Assembly: GCA_965217775.1 (NCBI GenBank)
Contig: CBDCJH010000002.1
Coordinates: 5,440,001 to 5,504,000 of the forward strand
Source of the DNA: Acidobacteriota bacterium
GTDB taxonomy: Bacteria > Acidobacteriota > UBA6911 > RPQK01 > JAJDTT01
Length of the DNA stretch: 64,000 nucleotides
Direction: 5' to 3'
Under the pieces are notes generated by a model. That model did no database searches. It was not told the origin of the DNA and was given only the letters and a program-made list of their open reading frames with translations. Shown piece after piece: positions 29,216 to 38,070 of the stretch (positions within the stretch are counted from its first letter, which is position 1; each line of letters begins with the position of its first letter). The translations under genes were made by a program, and so were the position numbers.

Positions 29216-29551
29216 TTGAGTGGCCGTCATGCTTTCAACGATTTGACGAAGGGGTATACGCGAGAGCGGCACGCGCGAATCGAGGCCAGGAAGACGGAGT
29301 TGCGCGCGGCGATGTTGCTCCACGAACTGCGACAGGCACGGGCGATGACCCAAAAGGCCCTTGGCGAAGCCTTGAACGTCAAGCAGCCGGCCGTTGCGAG
29401 GCTGGAGCGACGGGCGGACATGTACGTTTCGAATCTCCGTGCATACGTTGAGGCCATGGGCGGTCGATTGAGCATCGTGGCCAAATTCCCGCAGGGCGAC
29501 GTCACGATCACGAACTTCTCCGACATGGACGAGGAAGCCCCATCTGTATGA
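29216..29551 (+). CDS. XRE-family HTH antitoxin (HigA-like), orphan
   Basis: LHELRQARAMTQKALGEALNVKQPAVARLERRADMYVSNLRAYVEAMGG. TTG start overlaps the TGA of an 11-codon mini-ORF. Confidence 0.85.
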   Translation: MSGRHAFNDLTKGYTRERHARIEARKTELRAAMLLHELRQARAMTQKALGEALNVKQPAVARLERRADMYVSNLRAYVEAMGGRLSIVAKFPQGDVTITNFSDMDEEAPSV

Positions 29552-29628
29552 TGGCATTGCCCAAAAACCACAATGGTGACTCGGCCAGGATCGTATATCC
29601 TGAATCCATAATCCTCGGGAATCCAACG

Positions 29629-31545
29629 ATGAATGCTCTTTCCAAAATCCGTTCCCTGATCTCGTTCATCGTCTTGACAACGTTGGCCTCGTCCGGCTGC
29701 CAGACCGGAGCACCGCCCTCCGAAAACGCACGGAGCGATCCCCAACGCCTCGAGTTCACCCGGATGATCGTCCACTGGACCCGGTACGTGGAGCCCGGCT
29801 ACCTGGATTTCGTCCAAGAGGCGGAGCCGGAAATCGCCCAGGTCGGCTTTTACGGTGCCGACTTCTGGTCCATCGCTCATCTCCCGGACAAGAACAAGGG
29901 CGTCACCGGACCCCTGCTGCCCATCCATGCCGGGGTCGTGGAAGCCCAGGATCCCGCCGAGCGGATCCGGCTGAGCGCCGACTACTTCGAAGCGATCAAC
30001 CGTGAGCTCAAGCAACGTGGAGTGAGACCCATCGGTCACTTCTCCGTCGCCAAGTACCTGCTGGGGCGGCCGGACCCGGAAGGCCGGCTCGGAGACGGTT
30101 TCTTCAAGTTCTACAACGAGCTTTGGGACGAGAACGAACTGGGCCCGAAACCGGTTGCCGACCCCTTGGAGCTGTTGGCCAAGAACCGGGACGGCACTCC
30201 CTACGTCAGTTTCGATGAGGACGCTGCTCCCTACGGCGTCTATTGGGGCTGTCTCGCCAACCCCGACTGGCGCCGGGTTCTGAAGGCCTGGGTCAAGCGA
30301 GGGATCGAACGGGGCCTGGACGGTTTTCAGATCAACTACTTCTATCGGGTCGACTGTCACTGCCGGTATTGCGTGCGCGGCTTCAAGGCTCATCTGGCGT
30401 CCCGCCACGATCCGGAGGAGCTGCGGCGCCGGTTCGGAATCGAGGATCTGGACGATCACCTATTCAGTGAGATCGTCTCCCGCCATCCTCCCGGCGAGAC
30501 GACTTCGCTGCGCCTGGAGATGCAGCTTTTCTCGGACTTGGTCAACAAGGAGGCCTTCGACGAGGTCTTCCATCAATACGGCCGCTCCCTCAAGCCGGAC
30601 CTGATCACCTCCGTCTGGGGCCACAGCTCCCAGGATTTCGGGAATCCGCCCACCGGGAACAACGACGAGCGGATGATGCTCCCCTCCGAACTCTGGGGAA
30701 AAGACGAGAGCTACCTCTGGTACTGCCTGGGCCGGCAGGAACCGACGCTGCAACTGCGCTACATCCGGGGCGCCTTCGACGACAAGCCGTACACGGTCTG
30801 CCATTACGAGAGCGTCAAGATCCGGGCCTCAATGGCGGAGCTCATAGCCAACGGCGGAGCGCCCATGGCCAGGTACATCGATTTCACCGATCCGGAGGCC
30901 AAGCGGGAGTTCGTGCGCTACTACCAGTTCCTCAAGCGGTACGATTCGGTCTTCCGTGCCAATCGGCCCTACGGCGAGGTCCTGCTGGCGCACCCCCGCA
31001 GCCACAATCACCAGGGCCGGCTGATCCCGGCCATGACGGCATTTCAGGAGATCGGACATCACCTGATGGACCGTCACGTCCTCTTCGACGTGATTCCGGA
31101 CGAGACCCTCCGGCCGGAGCAGAGGAGCGCCTACCGCCGGGTCTACGAGATCGACTCCGCCGAGGAAATGGAGACGGAGAGCTTCGCGGACTTGAGCCGG
31201 TTCCAAGCACCGGCGACGGTGCGGGTCTCGGCCAGCCGGCCCGCCGGAGGGGGCGAGGTGACGCTTCACTTTGTGAACTACGACCGGGAGGCCGGCCCGG
31301 AGGGGTATGCGGGAAGCGGTATCGCCGACGAGAAACCCATCGCCGTCGACGGTGTCGGCGTCGATTTCGTCGTTCCGGACGCTTCCCGAGTGGTGAAGGT
31401 GGAAGCGCTGTCGCCGGAACGGCCCGAGCCGGAAACTTTGGCCATTCAGGTCGAAGGCGGCCGACTCCGGTTCACCATGCCGGAGTTCCTGGTCTACGGC
31501 ATGGCTCGCATCCACCTGGAGCCGGTCCTGTCTGCCCAGCGGTAG
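29629..31545 (+). CDS. large lipoprotein, glycoside-hydrolase-like TIM barrel plus C-terminal beta domain
   Basis: Lipobox SSGC. C..NPDWR, GLDGF..NY and CHCRYC...F motifs typical of GH42-like proteins. Confidence 0.6.
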   Translation: MNALSKIRSLISFIVLTTLASSGCQTGAPPSENARSDPQRLEFTRMIVHWTRYVEPGYLDFVQEAEPEIAQVGFYGADFWSIAHLPDKNKGVTGPLLPIHAGVVEAQDPAERIRLSADYFEAINRELKQRGVRPIGHFSVAKYLLGRPDPEGRLGDGFFKFYNELWDENELGPKPVADPLELLAKNRDGTPYVSFDEDAAPYGVYWGCLANPDWRRVLKAWVKRGIERGLDGFQINYFYRVDCHCRYCVRGFKAHLASRHDPEELRRRFGIEDLDDHLFSEIVSRHPPGETTSLRLEMQLFSDLVNKEAFDEVFHQYGRSLKPDLITSVWGHSSQDFGNPPTGNNDERMMLPSELWGKDESYLWYCLGRQEPTLQLRYIRGAFDDKPYTVCHYESVKIRASMAELIANGGAPMARYIDFTDPEAKREFVRYYQFLKRYDSVFRANRPYGEVLLAHPRSHNHQGRLIPAMTAFQEIGHHLMDRHVLFDVIPDETLRPEQRSAYRRVYEIDSAEEMETESFADLSRFQAPATVRVSASRPAGGGEVTLHFVNYDREAGPEGYAGSGIADEKPIAVDGVGVDFVVPDASRVVKVEALSPERPEPETLAIQVEGGRLRFTMPEFLVYGMARIHLEPVLSAQR

Positions 31546-31593
31546 AGTCACTGGTCTCCCGGCGGTGCTCATTGGTGGGATAGCCGGGGGAGC

Positions 31594-32844
31594 ATGGCGA
31601 GACGAACGGAAGTGAGGGACAGAATGAACGGAACCATCTCGACCCAGGAATACGAGTCCCGGCACGAGCGGGTCCGGGAGTTTTTGCGGGAACGGGACCT
31701 GGGCGCTCTCTTCGTCTATTCGCCCCCCGCGGAGCACAAATGGGGCCAGACCGCCCACGTGGCCTATCTCTCGGGCTGGGCCAACCATGATCGCATCGTG
31801 GATTCCGTGGTCGTAGTCCCGGTCTCCGGACCGCCGGCACTCCTGTTTGCGGGTATTCAATACATGCAGGAGCAGGCGGAGGAGGTGTCGCCGCTGGAAG
31901 ATATCCGTCTGGTCCAAGCCGTCGATCCGCATGCGGTCGCCGTCGCCCGGGGACAGGGCAAGGGACCTCGCGACTTTGCCGCCGAAACCGTCGCCATCCT
32001 GGAGGAGAACGGGGTGGGAGACAAGGATGTGGGAGTGGTGGGAATCCAGAACATGCCGCTGGCCTTCTACGAGGCGCTGGCCGCCGGACTCGGGTCCAAG
32101 CTCCGGCGGACGGACGACGCTGTCGCCCGGTTGCGCGGTGTCAAGTCTCCGGCGGAAGTGAAGCTGATGAAACGGGCCGCTGAATTGAGCGATCTGGGTT
32201 TCCGGACCATGCTCGAAGTGGCCCGGCCCGGAATGCGGGGCATCGAAGTGCTGGCCGAGATGGAGCGCGTCGTCCGCCGCGAGGGGGCAGACCACGCCAA
32301 ATACTGGATGGCGTCGGGTCCGCCCACCGATTGGAGCGAGGCCCGGTTGGACATCAAGCCCCACGAGCGGGTGCTGGGAGAAGGGGACCTGATGGCCTCC
32401 TGTTCCTACGTGGTCTACCAGGGTTACTGGTGCCACGGCCAACGGACCGGAACCCTGGTTCATCCCTCAGCCAGGTTGGAGGAGATTTTCCGAACGGCGC
32501 GGGAATGTCAGGACGCCGGACTGGAGCATCTCCGGGCCGGAGTTCCCATCGCCCGGGTCGCCAAGACCATCGGCGACCTGGCGTCACGGCGTGGGATGCC
32601 GCTGATGGGAGGACGCATCGGCCACGGGATCGGCATGGATTACAGCGAGCAGCCCGCGCCCCTCACCGAAGCCAACCAGGAGCTGCTGGAAGCGGGTATG
32701 ACCTGCGTGATCCACGCGGCCTACACACTGCCCGGTTCGGGCAAGATGTTCGTGCCGCTGGGCGACGTCTGTCATGTAACGGAGAATGGTCCCGAATTCC
32801 TGATGGGATTCACCCGGGACTTGTTTCTGGCGGGGCAGGGATAA
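31594..32844 (+). CDS. M24 (creatinase / Xaa-Pro peptidase fold) protein
   Basis: Creatinase-like N-domain, RGVKSPAEV, GY....RT, GHGIG. Confidence 0.82.
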   Translation: MARRTEVRDRMNGTISTQEYESRHERVREFLRERDLGALFVYSPPAEHKWGQTAHVAYLSGWANHDRIVDSVVVVPVSGPPALLFAGIQYMQEQAEEVSPLEDIRLVQAVDPHAVAVARGQGKGPRDFAAETVAILEENGVGDKDVGVVGIQNMPLAFYEALAAGLGSKLRRTDDAVARLRGVKSPAEVKLMKRAAELSDLGFRTMLEVARPGMRGIEVLAEMERVVRREGADHAKYWMASGPPTDWSEARLDIKPHERVLGEGDLMASCSYVVYQGYWCHGQRTGTLVHPSARLEEIFRTARECQDAGLEHLRAGVPIARVAKTIGDLASRRGMPLMGGRIGHGIGMDYSEQPAPLTEANQELLEAGMTCVIHAAYTLPGSGKMFVPLGDVCHVTENGPEFLMGFTRDLFLAGQG

Positions 32845-32901
32845 CGAGACGGGGTTTGGGCGTGGAACCCCGCCGTCAGCCGTTCGCGAGCGAAAAATCG
32901 G

Positions 32902-33222
32902 TCAGCGGACCCTCACCGCCGTGCCGCAGGCGGTGACCATGAGCATGCTTCCACCCTTCCCCACGACCTCGTAGTCGAGATCGATGCCGACCACGGCGTC
33001 GCCGCCTCTCCGGCGGGCCGTCTCCGCCATCTCGTCGAGGGCGATCTCGCGGGCCCGCTGCAGCTCCTTCTCATAGGCCGCGGACCGCCCGCCGACGATG
33101 TCTCGAATGCCGGCGAAGAAATCCCGGAAGATATTGGCGCCGACGATCGCCTCTCCCGTAACGATTCCACAGTATTCGCGGATCGTCTTGCCTTCGATGG
33201 TCTGCGTAGTGGTCAAGATCAT
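32902..33222 (-). CDS. YbjQ / UPF0145 heavy-metal-binding domain protein
   Basis: [32 protein letters not shown]. Confidence 0.93.
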   Translation of the reverse strand: MILTTTQTIEGKTIREYCGIVTGEAIVGANIFRDFFAGIRDIVGGRSAAYEKELQRAREIALDEMAETARRRGGDAVVGIDLDYEVVGKGGSMLMVTACGTAVRVR

Positions 33223-33352
33223 TGATTGTCTCCTCTGAACACGATTGGGGCAGGATGGACGCTTCGTCTCGCGGATGAAACCGAGTGTTGATGTCGTCCT
33301 ATTCCATTATACGAACGTCAGGCCGACAGCGGGAGCAACTCAAGAAATCGAT

Positions 33353-34015
33353 TCAATCCACGACAGGGTAGTAGGGTGGTCCCCAACCGGCTTCCGGGTG
33401 GTCCATCATCAGGTCAATGAAACGCGGAACGAGAAACGCCATGATCTTCGCTCCGTCCTGGACCTGACGGCGATTCACCCCGCTCTTCCACGTCGCCCCT
33501 CCATGAAAAAGCTGGTTCCGCAGGACGTAGAGCCGATCGAACAGGATACTCAGAACGACCCTGGTGTCCTGGCGAGCCAGCGCACGCCCGATCATTTTCT
33601 GGTCTCGTACGAAGAAGTTCTCCCAGTTGGCGGACCGTCGCGGCTGATTGTGGTGTCTCCAAAATGGTTGAAATACAAATTTGTTGTTCAGGAGCAACCT
33701 GATCGGTCCTGAGAACCTCAACCAGATGGCCTCGTAGATTCTCCGGTTGGAATCGAATCTGACGATTTTTTCGAAATATTCGCCGAACAGTTCTCGTTCC
33801 TCGGCTCCGTACGACTCCGGAATGTCTTTCGCATACGCTGCGTTGAAGGCAATCCAGTAGAAGATGAAGGCGGCGTCGATGTCCTCCGCTTCCTTCTCGG
33901 CGCGCTCGATCCAACTCAGCGAACGGTGCAGACGAAGCCGAAGACCGCCCGGTAGACCATTCGAAACGCCGGAAAACTTCGATCTCAGGCTCTCGGTGGT
34001 CAGCTCGTTCCGCAT
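33353..34015 (-). CDS. stand-alone HEPN domain protein
   Basis: FIFYWIAFNA and YVLRNQLFHGG (RX4H). Confidence 0.8.
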   Translation of the reverse strand: MRNELTTESLRSKFSGVSNGLPGGLRLRLHRSLSWIERAEKEAEDIDAAFIFYWIAFNAAYAKDIPESYGAEERELFGEYFEKIVRFDSNRRIYEAIWLRFSGPIRLLLNNKFVFQPFWRHHNQPRRSANWENFFVRDQKMIGRALARQDTRVVLSILFDRLYVLRNQLFHGGATWKSGVNRRQVQDGAKIMAFLVPRFIDLMMDHPEAGWGPPYYPVVD

Positions 34016-34070
34016 GTCCTCCGGCCTCGAATTGACTGGAACACGACGCGGTCCCTCCCGTTCTCCTGAA

Positions 34071-35699
34071 TCAGCCCGCGACGATCCAGGGCCAACCCAG
34101 GATGAGAGCGACCACCGGAAAAAGAGGCAACAGGCCGAGGATGGCCTTGACGGCGATCCGTCCCCTTGAATCCTCGGTTCGGATGGCCTTGCTGAGAGCG
34201 GCTCCGGCGGCCAGGTTGACCAGCAGCGAGAGCGGACTGATCCATTGAAAGCTGATGGGCGAGACGTCGATGGCGCCGCTCGAACCCAGGAACGCCGAGT
34301 CTTGAAGAAGGCCGTAGAAGTTTCCCGAGAAGGCGATCACCGCGCCCACCGTAATGCCGTAGACGGCCCCCACCACGGCCCCCGCCGGTTTTCCGAAACG
34401 GCAGAAGAGAGCGAAGAAGAACAGGCTGAAGGCGGGTGTGGCCAGCAAGTTGGTGGTCCGTTGCGTCATCCCGGTGATGTTTCCCGGGACGTTCCCCATG
34501 TAGGAGCTGCCGACGACCACGACGGCTCCCAGACCGAAGGCCAGGCACTGGGCCAGGCGGACGTATCCCTTCCGGGTCTTGGGCATGAGGCCGAACCGCT
34601 CCAGGAAATCGGTGGTCACGACGGCAGTGATCGAGTTCACGCCCGAGTCCAGACTCGACATGGCCGCGGCTAACATGGCGGACACGACCAGCCCGGCGAT
34701 GCCGATCGGCAGGTGGAAGGCGATGAACCTGGGGAAGATCCGGTCCCCGTCGGTGGCCAGGTTGAGTCCGGAGGGCAGCTCATCCGGCCGGGCCTGAAAA
34801 TATCCCATGAGGGCGAAGCCGACGAAGAGCAGGGTCAGCAGGACGGCTGATGCCACCAGGGTCTGAGCCAGATAGGCACGCTTGGCGGCTTCGGCGTCGC
34901 CGGTGGACATGAACCGCTGAATGCTCAACTGGTCTCCTCCCGCGGTGCAGACGGTCCAGACCAGGACCGAGAAGAAGGTTCCGAACATGGTGACCCGGAC
35001 CCGGGGATCGAAACTGAAGGCGGGCTGACTGTCCCAGGTGGGTTGCCAGGAAGTGGGGATCCAACTGAAATCGCCGAGTTCGACGGTCACCAGGACGATA
35101 ACCACAATCGCCCCTCCCAAGAGCAGGGCCGTCTGCAGGAAATCGGTGATCACGACGGCTCCCAAACCGCCCAAAGAGGTGTAGATGATGGAGACGAAAC
35201 CCGTGACCAGGACGATCCACGGGATCCACTCCTCGCTGACTCCCAGCATCACCGTCATGGCTCGGGCCGCCACGTAGACCAGCAGGCACATCCAACTCAG
35301 ACGCACCACGACGAACATGCCGGCGCCCAGGAGACGCACGCCCAACCCCAGTCTGTCCTCCAGCAACTCGTAGGCGCTGGTCACGCGGTGCCGCATGTAG
35401 ACGGACAGCAGGTACCGGCGCACGATGAAGTAGGACACCGGATAACATGGAATGATCAACAGGATCATGATCGGGCCCTTGGAGATCGTCTCGCCCGGAA
35501 CCGACAGGTAGGAGATGGTGCTCAAGTGGGTGGCGAAGAGGGAGACGCCCACCAGCACGGGGTTCAGGCTGCCGCTTCCGATGAAGTATTCCCTGGAGTC
35601 CTTCTGCTTGCGGCTGTAGTACCAGCCCAGGGCGATGGTGGAACTGGCGTAGACGACGATCACCATCCAGTCGATCCAAGAGAGTCCCGTCGGTACCAA
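34071..35699 (-). CDS. sodium:solute symporter family protein
   Basis: Many TMs, SAYELLEDRLG, GGLGAVVITDFLQ, AAAMSSLDS. Confidence 0.92.
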   Translation of the reverse strand: MVPTGLSWIDWMVIVVYASSTIALGWYYSRKQKDSREYFIGSGSLNPVLVGVSLFATHLSTISYLSVPGETISKGPIMILLIIPCYPVSYFIVRRYLLSVYMRHRVTSAYELLEDRLGLGVRLLGAGMFVVVRLSWMCLLVYVAARAMTVMLGVSEEWIPWIVLVTGFVSIIYTSLGGLGAVVITDFLQTALLLGGAIVVIVLVTVELGDFSWIPTSWQPTWDSQPAFSFDPRVRVTMFGTFFSVLVWTVCTAGGDQLSIQRFMSTGDAEAAKRAYLAQTLVASAVLLTLLFVGFALMGYFQARPDELPSGLNLATDGDRIFPRFIAFHLPIGIAGLVVSAMLAAAMSSLDSGVNSITAVVTTDFLERFGLMPKTRKGYVRLAQCLAFGLGAVVVVGSSYMGNVPGNITGMTQRTTNLLATPAFSLFFFALFCRFGKPAGAVVGAVYGITVGAVIAFSGNFYGLLQDSAFLGSSGAIDVSPISFQWISPLSLLVNLAAGAALSKAIRTEDSRGRIAVKAILGLLPLFPVVALILGWPWIVAG

Positions 35700-35774
35700 T
35701 TCAACCTCCGATGTCTCAGTTGTCCGGCGACGAGCCGGTGAATGGAAACGGCCGATGTTTCGGCAGGCAGCCGG

Positions 35775-37652
35775 CTACCAGGCCAGGGCCGTGCTCCCTT
35801 CCATGCGGGGGTTGGTCGCGGACACCAGGGTGCCCGTCTTGGGGTCGATCATGACCACCATGGTGTTGTCGCCGCTCCAGGGCTTGGCGATCCGTACCTT
35901 GTGACCCCTGCCGCGGAGGTCGGCGGCGATCTCCTCCAGGTTGGCCAGCCGCCCTTCCAGAACGGCCCGGCCCGGAAACGCTCGGTGGGGGTAGAAGAGG
36001 CCTGGAAAGTGGCGGGTCCAGACCTTGGGGGCGTCCAGCGCGTCCTGCAGACCCATCCCGAAGTCCACCACGTTCAGAAAGAAATGCAAGGTCCCCTGGT
36101 CTTGGACGTCCCCTCCCGGCATGCCGAATCCCATCCAGGGGCGCCCGTCCTTGGTGACCAAGGTGGGCGTCAGGCTGGTGGAGGGCTGCTTGCCCGGGGC
36201 CAGAGACTTGGCCAGGCCTTCCTCCAGGTAGAACATCTGCACCCGGCTTCCCAGGCAGAATCCCAGTCCGGGGACGATGGGAGAGGAGGCCGGCCAGCCC
36301 CCGCTGGGAGTGGAGGAAAATATGGTCCCGTGGGAGTCTACGGCCCGGACTCCGGTGGTCCCGTCATCTCGCAGACCTGGTTGGACCGGCGCCAGGCTCA
36401 AATTCGGCGGCCGTTTCTCGGGATGGGCGTCGAAGGGAAACGGATCCCCGGGACGCAGTTCCAGAGAGGCGGTCTTCCAATCGATGAGCTTTCGCCTCAG
36501 CTTGGCGTATTCCCGGGAGAGAAGCCCCTGACGGGGAACATAGACGAAGTCGGGATCGCCGTAGTACTTCTCCTTGTCGGCGTGGGCCAGCTTGGCCGTC
36601 TCCAGCCAGAGGTGCAGGTAGTCGGCGCTGTTGTGCTTGAGCGCCGCCAGGTCGTAGCCCTCCAGCAGCGCCAGTTGCTGCAGGAAGACAGGTCCCTGGG
36701 TCCAGGGTCCGCACTTGTAGACCCGGTATCCTCGGTAGTCGAAGCTCCAGGGCTCCTGGATCCGGGCTTCGTAATCGGCGAAGTCCGCCTCGGTCAGGAG
36801 GCTGGCGTGGCGCCCACCTTCGTTGTCGCGAATCTTGAATTCCCGGGAGAATCGAACCATTTGCCGGGCGATGGGACCCTGGTAGAAGTAGTCGTGAACC
36901 GCCCGTAGCGCCTCGCTACGGCCGGCGCCCTTCTTCAGCGCTCCCTTCTCGGCTGCGGCCAGCCGTCGGAAGGTGCGGGCCAGGTCGGGAAGGCGGGTCA
37001 CCTCCCCTACTTCGGGGACACGGCCATCGTGGAGAAACGCCGCGCCGGAGCTGGGCCACTCCCGTCGGAAGGTCTTGGGTCCCCGATACTTTTCCGTCTC
37101 CTTGCGGCCCACGCCCCGGCGCCAACGCTCGTCCACTGGAAACCCGTCGGCCAAGCGGATGGCGCCTTGAACGATCTGGGAGAAGCTCAGGGTTCCGTAC
37201 CGGTCCAGGCTCAGAACCACGGCTGCCAGGACGGCACAGACTCCCGCCGGCATGAAACCGTCTCCCGGAATCAGCCGGTATCCCTGTTGACGGAACCATT
37301 CGATAGTGGCCGCCCGGGGGGACCGGGTGTTTCCGTTCACTGAGACGACCCGCCTCTCCCTGGGGGAATAGATGAGGGTGGGCATCTCGCCCCCGAATCC
37401 GAAGGAATTGAATTCCACTACAGAAGCCGCCAGGATCATGGCCACGCCCGAATCCACGGCGTTGCCCCCCTGGTGGAAGATCTCCATCCCCACGCCCGCC
37501 ACCAGGGGATGACCCGCCGCCACGGCGCCGCGAAGCCCCCTGGCCTCGCTTCGAGTCCCTTTGGCGCCCAGGAGGGTCCCGGACGGCGAAACCGTCTCCA
37601 CCAGGAGAACTCCCATCAGAATCAGTGCTGCCGGCATTTTTCTACTGGCCAT
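35775..37652 (-). CDS. ggt: gamma-glutamyltransferase family protein
   Basis: GGNAVD, GFGGE, catalytic Thr in DGTT, GMPGGDVQDQ. Confidence 0.88.
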   Translation of the reverse strand: MASRKMPAALILMGVLLVETVSPSGTLLGAKGTRSEARGLRGAVAAGHPLVAGVGMEIFHQGGNAVDSGVAMILAASVVEFNSFGFGGEMPTLIYSPRERRVVSVNGNTRSPRAATIEWFRQQGYRLIPGDGFMPAGVCAVLAAVVLSLDRYGTLSFSQIVQGAIRLADGFPVDERWRRGVGRKETEKYRGPKTFRREWPSSGAAFLHDGRVPEVGEVTRLPDLARTFRRLAAAEKGALKKGAGRSEALRAVHDYFYQGPIARQMVRFSREFKIRDNEGGRHASLLTEADFADYEARIQEPWSFDYRGYRVYKCGPWTQGPVFLQQLALLEGYDLAALKHNSADYLHLWLETAKLAHADKEKYYGDPDFVYVPRQGLLSREYAKLRRKLIDWKTASLELRPGDPFPFDAHPEKRPPNLSLAPVQPGLRDDGTTGVRAVDSHGTIFSSTPSGGWPASSPIVPGLGFCLGSRVQMFYLEEGLAKSLAPGKQPSTSLTPTLVTKDGRPWMGFGMPGGDVQDQGTLHFFLNVVDFGMGLQDALDAPKVWTRHFPGLFYPHRAFPGRAVLEGRLANLEEIAADLRGRGHKVRIAKPWSGDNTMVVMIDPKTGTLVSATNPRMEGSTALAW

Positions 37653-38070
37653 AGTTCCGCTCACATTCTCCATATTCGTGGGGAAGATCCGACTGAACCG
37701 GCCGCCTCGACCGCGGCTCGGAAACGATCCACGAAGCCGACCGTGACTCGCCAACCGAGTCTAGTGAGGCCCGGAGGCGGTTGCAAGGAAACGTCCTGGC
37801 CCCACCAACAGCGGCCGCATCTCCCGAACGTTTCCGGACAAATGTGTTCCCCCATCTCCAGCTTTCCCGTGGGTTTTCTCCATGGGAGCCCGTCTCGCCC
37901 CATGTCGAGGGAACCTCTCCCGATGGCCCAAGTCGGATTTCGTTCGACACTTGGGCGTCGTGAGATATAATGAAAATTAAATTCGGTCACGTAGAATGAC
38001 TGTGTTCGGCCCACCAAATCTAGATTCCCGGCCAGGATCTTCGGGAATCACCTCAATCGGGAGATGCGCA

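Noticed and set aside
29548-29560. 13-mer ATGATGGCATTGC shared with the fitA operator at 55458
   Set aside because: A single 13-nt match is expected by chance in 64 kb, and the second half-site is missing.
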